Assembly: GCA_037379345.1 (NCBI GenBank)
Contig: CM074512.1
Span: 40,486,001 to 40,550,000, forward strand
Reading direction: 5' to 3'
Origin: Perna viridis
Lineage: Eukaryota
DNA length: 64,000 nucleotides
Positions within the stretch are counted from its first letter, which is position 1. The number at the start of each line of letters is the position of its first letter. The translations under genes and the position numbers were made by a program. Below the pieces are notes generated by a model, which ran no database searches, was not told where the DNA came from, and saw only the letters and a list, made by a program, of their open reading frames with translations. This document shows, piece by piece, positions 39,832 through 53,648 of this stretch.

Positions 39832-42800
39832 TCCCTATTTTAAGCTTACCCCTATCTTTTGTTTACATTACAAAAGTAGGGAACATTTCAAATATGCTTA
39901 ACATCAGTTACTATGCAATTTGCCTGACAGAGTACTTTTGTAAATGGGGGAAAAATGCTGACTTATTTAACTAAATATCAATTACTTAGTATGCAGAATG
40001 ATATCATTTGGTTCCAACAACAGAAAAATCAAATATTTGCATTATATTTTGAAGTTTTCCACCAATGTTCACAAGAGGAAGAAAGAAAAAGATAACAAGA
40101 AAGGCCACATAAACGTCATAACATCTATAATGCATAGCATGTACAAGTATCATTATATCCTGCAGATATGTTATAATTGTACATGTAAATTGAAGTGTGA
40201 ATTGATCAGGTCTCAAAGCAATTATTTTTTCCTGTATGTTTACAAACAATCAAGATGTGATTATGCAATATATATAAACAGAGAAATAGGAATACCATAT
40301 TGGCAAATAATGGCTGCACATGATTACATTTCTCAGCTGCAATCTAACTGCAAATATCAGAATGAATTTTCTTCATAACAAGGTCATTTTTTTGTAAGCA
40401 GGTCTTGTAAGGAAGAACACATAATGAATAGTCTCCTAATCCATAAAGAACTGACAATGTTTTCCTCACAATATTCAAAGAAAAAAGTGCAGCCGAAAAC
40501 ATTTTTTGAAGGACAAAACAGCCTGTAAGTATTTGTTAAACTAACCCAAATAAACAATGCAGACATATTTATACTAACCTCCATAGCCAGCATAAGTTTC
40601 CTCAATACAAATGCTACACATCACTTTTGGGGCATAATATGAGCTATTCACATCAGAACACTTCATTTAGAATCTCTGAAGATTAAGGCTTTTTCTCAAA
40701 GAATTACTTGAGCATATGGTTTATTCACAGGTATGCTACCAAAAACACTTGGCACACCTTCACTTTTTCTGTTGTGGTTTGGAAAACACCATATATCCGC
40801 AATAAAATTTGATATAATGAACTTTCCTTTGAAAAGTTATGAATGAATCCTAAATCACCTTTTTTTCTGAACTTCACACAGTGATGCTATTCCTAGACAA
40901 AAAAATCTAGATCATCTGTGCACAAAAATCTTTCAAACTGACGTGTAATTTATTAGCCTGTAAACATGAGAAAAATTTGTATTTCTCAAGTTGGTGTACA
41001 GTACTGTTATAAAAACAAGTGTTAGTTACCTTTCTAGCAAATTATCCTCATAAAATATTGAATATTGGTTCACAAAGTACTTGAGATTTAGATGCAAGAT
41101 TCCTGTTTTAACTTTCACACCTAAAGCAATGTCTACAAGTCCAATTATCACTAATTAACCCTTCAAATTTCCCCAACATGTATTCCTAGCAATTTAACAG
41201 ATATGCAGAGTATTCACAAATACTATACAAAACCTAGATTTTCTTCCTGCAATATTTCAGCACCAACTTGTTAATTAACAATTTACTAAGCCTGCCGGCA
41301 AAGTCTCTTGCAACTAATTCACAAAATATTTGCTGCCAATAGCTTTCTGGCAGAATTTGTTTATCAGTTAAGATATTCTGATTTAGAACTCAGCATCAGT
41401 TTTACTTATTTTGCAAGGAGTCAGGTTTCAAATTACTTTCCATCAATGATAAGCTAAAATTGTGAAGTTAGTCCAATTACAGTTATGATAACTTAAAACA
41501 AAACCAAACCATTTGGAAACTAAACAATACTATCAGTAGTACATGCAACTAAGCACACAATTTCAAAATTTTAGTCAAATATTTCCTGAGGTGAAATGTT
41601 CTCACTTGAACCACATTAAATTCCACTTATATCATGAAAATTTTTAAACAACTGTATATAATTTTATGCAAATTGGGGACACACACTGCATAATTATAAT
41701 TGCCTGCGGATGTTTATAATGCACATTCCTGCAAGATGTGTCACGAAAATACTCTGAAAATGTCGTTAGTCCAAAACAGTTTCCGGCACAATATTTCTAA
41801 GGTCATAAAGCTCTCTATCAAAGTCTTGAAATGCTAAAAAACAGTGAACAACTCCGAAATGTACACCACGAAACCCAAAGTGAGTGCAATATTTAGAGTG
41901 TTAAGTTCTCATACATAATGCAGTACTTATCAGACTCCATAAATCATAGAACGTCAAAGTTATTAAAGTAATATAACAACAATATGAGAAGATGTGTCAC
42001 TCCATAGTCACATATATCATTTATAAGTACTGTAAAGCTGTCAACAATTACTGGTCTCAATGTAGCTTGCCCTCCTGCCCTAAAACTAAAGGGTCTATCA
42101 CACCTGGACTTATGACCTGCTAATCTATCAAGATAATCACTTCATATAATATTTCTTTGATCTTTTTTTTTATTCCAATTAAATAGCTATGTGTCAATGT
42201 TAATAAAAGATTTGAAATTTTTTTAATCCATCAGACCTTAAAACCACAAGATGATGGAAAAGATCACAACTATTCACAGTAGTCCAAATAATTCACATTC
42301 CACGACTTTTTCAATGTATTCAGTCAAGTGTGAACTTCGTGATCGGCAACAGTTATTTATATATGTCTCATCAAGACATGAACATGATAATTATAACCTT
42401 TGTAAATGTCCTAAATACATCTATTAATCCTAACTGTCTGTCCTAGATCTGTCTCTGGTCATTACATACTATTCCACTACAGGCCTAACAAAACCCAAGT
42501 TCTAATTTCCTGTCTGCATCAATTCTCTCTCAAGGACTTATTTTAATGATTCACTACAATACTGAAATACCTTGTTTTCATAACACCATATCCTAGATTT
42601 ATATAATCTTTGACCCCTAAGGTTATATTTACCTATCATTCTATTATCAAGAAAATAAATAATACTTTCATTAACTCTTAGATATATGACCAATAATAAA
42701 ACAGTTATCTGGCCTTGTATACTATTAAGCAGACACAAAGCCTTTAGTTATCAATAGAATTTCAGACTTACAGTTTTGGATTTTTAATGCTTAATTTTCT

Positions 42801-44239
42801 CCCTTTTTCTATTCACTTCTTTGTTTTTATTATTATCCAAGTCATTTTGCTTTTTTCCCTCAATAAATGCACTTAAAAATTAATTAACATTATTGAATGT
42901 TTCCACCTACATGCAGTTATGAATTTTTCAAGCAAATAAATTTTCAAATAAGAGCCAACACAATTATTTTTATTTCTTCATTTTACAATCAAATTTCATT
43001 CGCTATTTGATACACTCTATTGATGTCTGGGAAATTTAATCATTAAACATATACATATATACAAAAATAAATTCAAATACATACATAGACTTCATTAAAA
43101 ATTTTCTTTTCTATTACAGACACAGAGGTGGGGTCAAGAAAAAGCATTAATAAAGTTTCACATAATGAAATTTTCCAAAAATAATTGGGTAACAAGAGCA
43201 CTCAAGTAAAAAAAGTTCCCCTGAGAAATTTGTCTGGGCATCACACCTTTTATGGGTAATTTCCAACCTATATTATTGTATTAAAGTACAATAAAATGAA
43301 AGAATTATGTTTTTATGAGTCTTATCTAATATTTATTTGCAAGGCAAACAGAGTTACCTCTCTTACCACATTTTGCAATCATTTCAGATGTTGAAAAACA
43401 TGATAAAAAGTATGAATTCTAACAGCAACAGAAAGAAAACCCATCAGTAAGTTAGGAGCAAAGAATGATTTTTATTATTTATTAATAGATACTGCTAAGA
43501 AATATTTCATACTGCAGTTCAATTGTTTACACATCATGTAATATTGGTCATAGTGTGAAATTAAAACAGAAAAACCCAAGTCATTTTTCTGAAAAGTACA
43601 TAAAATTGTTTAGGGGGAAATCCATATTTTAAAACACCTTATAAATGTATGAACTATGTACCAATGAAAGACAAGAACAGATATAAATATAATTCAGGCA
43701 GTTTTAACAATACATTTTGTACTATTATTCAAGCCTGGTACACACAGCCTTATGACATAATTGACCATGAATACGTATTGCGTATTGCGCAATATAAGAT
43801 TTAAAGATTACTAATTTTTCCCTTGAAATTTTGCCAATATTATAAACAGCACAGAAAAATGCCATTCATAATTTCCCCATTCATAAGGATACATGTAATT
43901 CCACATGTAGGGGAAGGGTTGTGGTTAGTTGTGAATAATTTGTTATGATAAGTGCATTTATATAGTAACAATCTGCAAAGCATGTTTAGCTCTTGGTATA
44001 ATACAAAGAAGGCTTACAGTGAACATTTCCTGTTTAGAAAGACACCTACATATAGAATATATGAAATACATCATTACTAAGCACTTTATATAAACATTGT
44101 GTCTGATATAGATATGATTGAATGTTTATATAGAAAAAAAGTCACACTAAACTGAAGAAAAACATAATTAGTAGACTTCATGGGAAAACAGTAGTGTTCC
44201 AATGAAGATTTTCAAAGTAGCACCATTAGGATAAAACAT

Positions 44240-45160
44240 AATTGGTACACTACCTGGGAAACTTTATTTGTTTATCACCTCCATAAAAAAAGATGATTGG
44301 TATACTACCTGGGGAAAACTTGATTTGTTTATCACCTAGGTAAAACTTGATTGGTACACTACCTGGGAAAAACTTGATTTATACACCATCTTACTAATCT
44401 AGGTAAAAGAATAATCAAGGGAACCAAGATTCCAGCAGACCAGGTGCACTGGTAGGGTAAGTGTCCTCTGCTTTTCTAGAACCCCCCCATCCCAAAGTTG
44501 TTAATAAAAAGTCAAGTCTGGGGTAGACAAAAGAGGAAAGGGAAACTTTGAACAAATCCATTTTCATGGATGGATATACACAATAATGATCCTCAAGTTC
44601 ATGACGACAACCATTACACTTATGTAGTGATGACATCAATCTTGTAGCAAAATAACCCTGTTCCAGAAGCTTAATTGTAAGAAGTCTAGCGCAATACAAA
44701 AAGTCTCTGTGCCATAGTTATGGCAAGCCCTGGAATAATGTATGAGTTGTGATATAAAAACTTCAAACAGGTGCTGAAGGAATGTTGCCACAGATGAAAG
44801 GGAATTTGACAACACTGAATGTAAAGTCATCACATTTGTTGTACAGTTTGGTCGATAGTTTTCCTTACCATTGATCTCCAAGTGTAGGTCAAGATATGAG
44901 AATGACTTCACAGTGTCTGTAGTACCCTTTATCTCAAGCTCTTTTGGATCAATGCAATGTATCAAATCCCAGAAGATAGGATTGTTTAAAGATAATACAT
45001 CATCTATACAGTGGAAACTGGATTAAGGATATAGCCAAATGATGTTCTTGATTGAAACACTATTAGGTAAAACTTTAGTGGTATTCAAAATGGGAAAAGC
45101 CCTTTGGTATACTACCTTAGTGAAATTTGATTGTGTACACTAACTAGGAAAAACTTGATA
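44240..45160. repeat. Degenerate 27-28-bp minisatellite interrupted by the Penelope-like insertion
   Basis: aaaacttgattggtacactacctggg-type units at 44240-44407 and again at 45045-45160. Confidence 0.7.
44408..45036 (-). mobile_element. Decayed Penelope-like retroelement with reverse transcriptase C-terminal relic, copy 4
   Basis: Frameshifted translation gives SSFHCIDDVLSLNN (degenerate YIDD catalytic motif), PKELEIKGTTDTVKSFSYLDLHLEI, KLYNKCDDFTFSVVKFPFICGNIPSAP, VFISQLIHYSRAC and ARLLTIKLLEQGY, followed by the shared 3' terminus with an internal deletion. Confidence 0.85.
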
Positions 45161-46834
45161 TAACCATGTAAATAAGTAAAACACACTCTATGCAATGTCT
45201 ATGGAAGGGCACACCATTTCATTTTGATGAAATTTATTCTTACATTACTTGTTGATATTTCAAACATCACCATATCAGAAAAGATAAGATAGTTGCATTG
45301 TAAGGAAAGAAATCTCTCAAAATATTTGTAGGGAAAAAAGTTTTTATTATGGTACATCTTATTTCATAACTCCAAAATGCTTTCATACAATTCTCAGAAG
45401 CAATTCAGTTGAAGTAAAAGACACTACAACACACTCAAAAATGAACTGAAAAAAGTCTTGCTTTCCAGGAGTTTTTGCCCTTTAAGTCTATAAAGCACTG
45501 TGGGAAGCTATTCATGATTCATAGTTTCCTATTGTCATTATTATTATCATTATTATTATTACTGTCTTTTTCTTTTTTTTGAGATTTCCAGCTGCAATAA
45601 TTATGAAACAATCGCACAAAGGCTTTGATGAACTGGTAAGCTACATTCTGTAAAAATAAGAAGTCTGAGCAGACAAACCCCTTTTAAAATTTCTTTGCTT
45701 TTATTTCCAAAACACTAACAAAAAAAAAATAAGCCTTTTAATATTTTTCAACATTCACTTTGCAAAAAATGATTCAACACTTCACACAACAAAAGACAGA
45801 ATACAAATTTTAAGCCATCCAAATAAAAGAAAATCAGGAATCACATGACAGAATGATAATTAGAAATATTTTACAGAGGTGATTCTGAACATGACTGTCA
45901 CAAGAAAATCTATTTCCTTGATACATAGAAAAAAAGCAACAATTAACCCTGATATGTAAATTGATTTTTCACAATAAAGATTTAATCAATTTTCTGCAGG
46001 ATGCAAAGTTGTGGAAGAAGGAAGAAGACATACAAAGCCCTTCCCATTAACTAAAGATTTCAACCATTGTATCTTTCTTTTGCTATAGCCAATAAGGCAG
46101 TCAGTGACTTGTTGGTTGGTAGTTTATGTCAAATATTGGCTAAAATTGCCATAGTATTATAAACAATTACTTTCCACCTGGTAAAAGGCCTTACTTTGAC
46201 CTCAGTGTGACTGGTCTGGACATGATGTTGTGGGTGGAAAGATATTGTCTTCATCCCATTAATGCATATTAGAAACTATCAATGATGATGTCAAAGTCTT
46301 AACAATACATGTATGCTTCAGTAAAAGACAGAAAAAGCACAGGAATATACTCTGCCAATAAAGGTAAAAAACAGAGATGAAAAGAAGCATATGATATAAT
46401 GACTAATAAACCAACAAAATAATGACCCTTATCACATGTAATACTGGTATTACAACAAGTATTTCTATATTGAGGATAAAAGAATGGGTAGAATGAGCAT
46501 TTCATTGTAAATGAATTTGACTTTTCCCTCTCCCAAAAATCTTGGGGCCATGTTGGTTTAAACTGGCTAACAAGGTAATAAAATACACTATGAACTTCAA
46601 CTTAATAATTACATCTACAGAAACAAGGAGTAGATTATGATGAGTTCTTTAATAACTCTAACTTTGGGTCCTTATGGACTTGACCCAAATGAAAGGATAT
46701 TTAAAAGGAATTAAAAGATAATAAAGGATTTACTACAAATTAGAACAAGTATTGATCTAAGTCTGTTCCAAATCTGTCGACTACTTGTAGTATATGAGAA
46801 AGTTTTAGATGAGCAGTGCAGTTAGTAAGATATA

Positions 46835-47060
46835 CTTTTTATACCACAAAACACGAAGTGGCGAGGTATTATGTGATATCCTTGGAAAATTTGTGGCCCT
46901 GTCCATCTGTCAGTCTGTCCCCTGACAGTTTCAAGGTGATAACTTGAGTAAGGGGGGATCAACGAATTTCTTTTAAACTTTACACAGTTGTTAAGTTCAG
47001 GTTTGAATATTTGGCCATCCCCTCTTATCATAATTTAGTTGCAGGTGTATCGCTTACTGT
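46835..47060. mobile_element. Helentron-associated non-autonomous element (HINE/DINE-like) remnant
   Basis: T-run terminus, short hairpin (ataccac..gaagtggcgaggtat), degenerate ctgtc microsatellite, then a gataacttgagtaa..tttaaactttacaca core; this architecture is typical of bivalve HINEs. Confidence 0.6.
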
Positions 47061-49670
47061 TCCATTAATACCCATTTTTCATGTATAGTTACTTTGATAT
47101 ACATGTAAATTTGGGCTTTCTGATAAAGTACTTTTTGTACCTGGTCATCTCAAAAGAGCAAACTTTGCAATTTCTATCAACTACCAGATCAAAGCTTACT
47201 TCAAAACAAACTTACACAAAACATTGCTCTAAATGCATTCAAAAGCATGTAAAAACTGCATGCCTTAGTTTTCATGAACAAAAGAAATGCCAATCAACTA
47301 AAGTATACTTTTATCAAAGTAAGTTAGATTAAAGAGGATAAACATATTTTTATCTTAATCAACTCAAACTTTTATCAAATTTGTTAGATATCCTTTATCT
47401 ATAACACTCTTTCCTGACTATTTCAATAAACACCTGTTTTTCTCCAATGTGTATCTTTTTTTTCAACTTCGTTACAATATTTTCAAGTTGTTCTGAATTA
47501 TTTTAAAAAAATTATGAGATTTACATCAGCAGTTATTATAAAATTATGGGTTTCCCATTTGTATACAGAATGTGTTTTTCATGATTTTAGACTTTCATTA
47601 AAATGCAACAGCTGGTATACCTAATGACTAACTATTCTTTTTGCTCCTGCCTGAGCATAAGTCAATATTTCCCATCGAAGAAGAACTTGATGCACAGTAA
47701 AACTCAAAATACATGGTGATGTTAACTCATGTCAAAGCCTAAAACTGAATATGAAAACTTTCTATCAAGTAGAGGCTGTGAAAAGATACAATAAAATGTT
47801 AATGCCATGCAAATTTCTCAATCTAGGTTTTGTCAAACAGGAAATAAATTAGTTGTTATCTAGCAAAACTCAAATAAGAGTGGATATACATCCCCCTTAT
47901 AATTCTTAACTTGAAATCACTATGCAACGTAGAAGCTGAGAAAAATGGAACCATTATTATTTTTGTTTTTAAAAGAAAAAACAAGCCAATATTAGAATGA
48001 GTGGGAGTTTAATGAAACACCATTGTCTAAGATGACAAAACTATGCTGAAGGAACATAGTTAGTTTCAAGTGCTTTAAATGAGCCTTTTCTTCAAAGTAT
48101 GAAACTACAAGAGGTAAAAGGCAATGTTAATTTCCAATTATAAAAGGTCCTTTAAAAATCACTTCTAAAAAAGTAGCAACTTCCTTGAAAGATCAACATG
48201 TACATATAACCAAACATAACATAAAAACCTTTTTTCAAAAAACCTAAGCTTAGGCACAAGGAACCCCAGTGCATATTCAGACAGGCTTCCAGAACCAACC
48301 TACCCCAGCCAGCACATGAAAATTATGTTTTATGCATTATTATATATTTTTATGTCCATAACAGTACATATGCAGACATTGCACCACCAGTAGCAGAGGA
48401 AATTGAAATGTCAGAATCACAAAAAGCCCTGTTATATAATATTCATGGTATATTTGTTTAAAAAATTATTTTCAGGATTTTTTTTTTAATCAAAATTATT
48501 AGATCTACTAAGCACTACAAAAACCAGACATTTTCAAGACCACAACAGAATTTAAGAGGAATTTCTAAGTCTTGATAAAAAGGAAATTTCCAAATTGCTT
48601 TAATCAAACTATAAACAGATTATAACAAATCCTACCAATCAGAAGAAAGTATCCTTTCCAGTTTAAATCCATGGTAAATAATTAAAATTTCAGAATTTCT
48701 TAAGGAAAGAACAAGCATTAGTTTCAAATCTCTCTAAATTAAAGAAACATTGGGAGTTTATCCAAAGCATGTCAAAAATTACACTTTGGCAACTGACAAA
48801 ATTGTTTGGTTAAAGTGTTGCTAAATTCCTCATAAATAATCTGAAACCTAATCAGCAAGAAAACTAATTCAGCCATTTTTCTAAAGTACACGAAATTTGT
48901 AAGACTTCAGAAATCTGAACGTGGGATGGAAATATGACAACTGAATCAGCAGTAAGGAATAAAACATGGTTAGCAGTGTCTCATGAACAGGTGTTAGGAA
49001 AAATGGCTAGACTTGATCATACATATGATTACAGACACATATGTGAATTAGTTATAGAGAAATATAAGGCTAATTGTATACCAGTGGCCACAAATAAGCT
49101 ATTTCTGTATGCCGTTGACGTTGACGTCTGAATTCATTTTACTATAGAATCCAGCTAGGTGTAATGGGACATTGAGTATCACTATGACTTCTAAGCACAT
49201 GTATGTAACATATGCACAAAAAATTAAAAATTTCATGTCTTTAACATTCATCCAATTACTAAAACTAAAAAATTGTTGCATTATAATTGCACACTCAACA
49301 TCATCTTGCGTAGATTTGTATATTACTTTCTCCCATTCTTTGGCCGCATTCATATCACATGAGCGAGTGATTAAAAATATTTAATCTCCAGCTAAAGTGC
49401 TGAGAATTAAAATGTTGCATGCAAAAAAGCGGTTAATGTAATATAGTAACATAATTCCCCAGTCAGACAGAGAAAATATCTTGAATTTGGGCACATTACT
49501 TTACTTTTGTTTCTCATGTTGTTGGTCATTAAATTATTGATTCTCAACTGTTTAATTTCTGTTTAATACTAATTGGTTAGTGATGCATGAACAAATGGAT
49601 GATGTCTTTCATGTTGGGAGAATTTAGCCTAATTTCCAACCCCCACCCCCTTTTGAAATCATGGGAGAAA

Positions 49671-49830
49671 CAGATTCTTTCCAATGCTCTCAGGAATTAC
49701 AAGATTTCTACACCCTCAATAATTGAATTTTAGATTAAACCCACACATGATGCTCATGGGTTAAAAATCTAAAAGTTATCTATCTGGACTGGAGAAATCT
49801 TGTAATCCCCTCAAGACTGAGATAGAATCT
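49671..49830. mobile_element. Palindromic non-autonomous element (possibly Crypton-type)
   Basis: Nested inverted blocks agattct/agaatct, attacaagatttct/agaaatcttgtaat, ttttagatt/aatctaaaa and aaccca/tgggtt around one centre; no TSD seen. Confidence 0.55.
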
Positions 49831-52800
49831 ATATTTGTATTAATTCCCCTTTGGGTAACAATTTTAACAGCTTTTATAATGCTTGTAATCACCAAAATCT
49901 ACCAGTTTCCTTTCCATATTAACAATATAAAATTCATGTATATCTTTATTATCTATTTTGCAACTATTCATTAAGCTCAGATCATTCAAAAGGCTTCAGT
50001 CTAATTAAAAGTTGCCTCTTCCACTTTAATCAATTGCTGAAACATATGATCTTTTCTTTCGTGAAATCGTCGACCAATTTTTACAAATATTTTGTTTCAA
50101 TCATGTCTGCGGTTTCGATATGATTCATACCAAGATGAAGAAACATTTTAATATCAGACATTCTATTTTGCCTGTGACACAATGGTAGCAATTGATTTTA
50201 CTCTCCAATATTCAACGATTTTTCCCTTCCTAATTGTGATCATATTTCATTGTTTGTTGCATTTAGGGCTTGTTTATAACAGATAATCTGAGTAGTGCTC
50301 TTTGCATGCCATATCTCAGATCAACAATCACTTAATTTCTGCTTCATAGTTGACTTTTCCATCACGAACAGGTTGTAATCTCTGTCAATGGTTAAGATTA
50401 CACAGAAACTTAGCCTCATTGTTCTACTGTAACTAGTTTCTAATGCTAATAAAGACATGGAAAAGCTAGTTTACAATATATAATGATAATATAATTTTAG
50501 GCTTTGCCTATGAGAGAGAATTACTTGTGCCTGAAGAATGACTTTGTTATGGGTGATGTCTCGACCAACAAAATATGTGCGACTTCCAATAACACAGGCT
50601 ATGTGTCTGCATGAAAAATTCAAACAATATATTAATTGGTTAACCTTTCAGAAATATTCTTCTACTTCCATTTTTCAGACTCAACCAGCTGTAGCTGGAC
50701 TCTAACATAGAACAATTAAAGGGTTTTTCTTGTTTTTTGCATCAGAATAGAAGAAAGTCATTTTAGACATAGAGCTATAATTATTACAATCTTAGTCTTT
50801 GAAAGAATACAATGGATCTTAAAACATCAATTGGTTGCTATGTTAAAACAGGAAGATATTAACCCAAAATCAGATCCATTCAAATTTCTCTTGTATTAAC
50901 AGACTTAAGACCTAAGTGAGAATATGACAAACAATGATTTGTTTTTCACTGAGACAACCAATACTTTTAACAATGACATTGCGCTATACATCCTGATTAC
51001 AAAAAAATTTGTAGAATGGTGACATTTAACAATCTCTCAGCTTTATTACTTCCTATCATTAATTAGATCTAATTATAACCCTCCCACACTCCCTCCCCCA
51101 CTGAGGATTCAATATCTTTTATTTTCTTCTTTTTTAAGAATATGTTGCTTCTATAAACAAATATACAAGTTGATTATCAAATTTTTGTAAAGATATTAAT
51201 GTTTAATTTCCATTTTACAGTATGATTTTTTTTTTCTAGAGGTGCATTTCAGAAAATATTCCTTTGAGGTTATTAGGTATATATTCATTCTGTGTCTCAA
51301 GCAGCCATAGTAAAATGTATTTCACTGAAGGCAATGCTTGACAAAACTTTACTCTGTCATGAAATGGTCACATTTTCTTTATGAACATGAAGGAAAAATA
51401 GTCCAAATATGGCATTCAGGCAGACAGACCAAAAATCTACAATGCTAAGTCCGATTTGGCCACTAGGCCTATACTGGAGACAAATAAAAATTGATGCAGC
51501 TTGTAGAAGATAGGTAAAAGTTTTTTTTTTTAATCTGAAATGGATATTTATGAAACTTGGGGCTCAGGCTAGTATCTTAATAAGTTTTTGGAAAGGCTGC
51601 ATATTCAACATTACAAGACAGCAAGCTAGACAGTTCATAATAGTTTACACTGAAAATCATGGTTTTCAATATGACAGTAAATGTTGCTTAAGTGCAGCCT
51701 CTATTGCAGAGTTATTTCTGTTATATTTGTACATGTAATTACATTACATTGTTTATGTAGATCAACTATGTAATCTGTTTTCAAATTATGGCCATGCACT
51801 CAGATTTTGATTGTCTCTCAATTGTCCGTCTCTTTAGGTACCTCAGTATTTTTTTTAAATGAAATTCAATTTTTACCAACTAAAGAGATTGATGCAAAAC
51901 ATTGTATATGAGACCATAAATATACAAAAATAAATCTTAAGTTTCTCAAAATAAGTACAAAATTGTTAATGAGACATTTCCTGAAAATAACTGATTCCAA
52001 ATTTACAAAAGTTACCATATGCTGATCTTGAGATTTATAACTCTGACTAACTTGTAATGGTAATGTAAAAATTGTGTTATAGGAAAAATTATACATTCAA
52101 GAGTTTTTTTCAAATTATAATCAATGTCTGTGAGGAACCACCTACAATTTCTCTTAAAAGATTTTAAATGTCATGTTCTAACTAACAATCAAACGAGTTA
52201 TTAATTATATTAATTATTAACTGTCACCAACGTAAAAAGAAAATTGTCAATACTATACCAGTAACTAATTAAAACCCAAAACACTCCTATTGGGAAAGAA
52301 CTGGTATAAAGACATGATGTATTTCTTTATAACTATTTTTTTCTGGTTTTTATTGATTCATTGATTTTATTTGCTGAATTACATTCTGCTCAAGACCACT
52401 AGGTGCAGCATTTTCATTGTCAACATACTTTATTAGTCAAACACTGTAATTATGGTTTTAGGGATAACAAAGTCAGATGAAAACAAAACACTGAATGAGA
52501 AAGCACATTTTCCTAAAGAAATGTGTCAACAGTTTTCTAATAAAATGTGTCAACATATTGGTAACCTTGTCAAGTTTTTACATATATCTACTGAAGTTTT
52601 AAATCTAGGATAAACTACCAAAAAAGTACTCTTAAATTTATGAACTTTCAAAATCAATTAATCACTTAGTCACCTGGAACCACTGATTTTCTTTGAAAAA
52701 GTACTTTAATAAATATCTATATCCTGCCATTTTTATTATAGCAATCACTTCTACATTAACCTAATGAGATTTGCAACAACCAGAAATAGCAGAACAAAGG

Positions 52801-53407
52801 TTTTAATTTCTTCCTGAACATCTAAAAAGGGTCAATAATTACTGAACAGTACATACAGTTTATTGCTATTATATATTGAAAGTAGAGGGCTTTTCATATC
52901 CTAAATCAGGTTCCAGATGTTGCAGAACAAGGGAAATTTATCAAACATTACGTCAAAACATGGACGCTTTTATTGTTCACAGATTTATTAACTAATTCAG
53001 CAAGATTTTACCTATGATAGCCATCAGGACTAGATGAAATATTAGAAATAAATCGGAGACTAGCTATGATTTGGAGTAAAATATAAGCTTACCGTTTAAT
53101 TTATAGCTCCAACTTTAAAATAAGTTGATATTTAAGCAAAATCCCCACAATTAATCTCAAACTTGCATATGTTACAATTGAATTCCTGAAACTTAACCAT
53201 TTGCTTAAACATAAAAATCTGTCTAAACTAAACCAAACCACCTCTAGACTAAAAGATTTGTTCACTTTAGGCAGGTGTTCAGTTTTCACAGGTACATGCA
53301 TGTACTGTAAACATATTAATTTTCATGTAGTACTAATTGTTATGGTTGACAGAAAACCACGAAAAAAAAGTACCAGCTTAACTGATTTTATAACTGAAAA
53401 ACCACTG

Positions 53408-53648
53408 TCTGACCCCTATGTTCTATTTTTAGTAACAGCTGCCGTGTTTTTCAACTGATCAAAAATCCCCACAACAGTTCTATGCAGGATACCACAAGGA
53501 ACATTTACACCAAGTTTGATTCCAATTAGTCTGGTAGTGTTAGAGGAGAAAAGTTTTGAAAAATTGTTAACATTGACAGCAGGAGACAATGGCAGCTGAC
53601 CCAAGCGATGGCAATAGCTCACATGGCCTTCAGCCTGGTGATCTAAAA
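53408..53648 (+). mobile_element. Helentron/HINE-like remnant
   Basis: Core ggaacatttacaccaagtttg..gtgttagaggagaa and terminal gatggcaatagctcacatggccttcagcctggtgatctaaaa hairpin. Confidence 0.7.

Noticed and set aside
36111-40378. Longest intronic ORFs (130 aa at 36111, 126 aa at 39998)
   Set aside because: Composition is typical of random AT-rich DNA (rich in I, K, Y, C, F) with no domain motifs.
43352-43385. Micro first exon ATG ATT GCA AAA TGT G|gtaaga (phase 1)
   Set aside because: Only five codons with no promoter-like context; expected by chance in a 33-kb intron.
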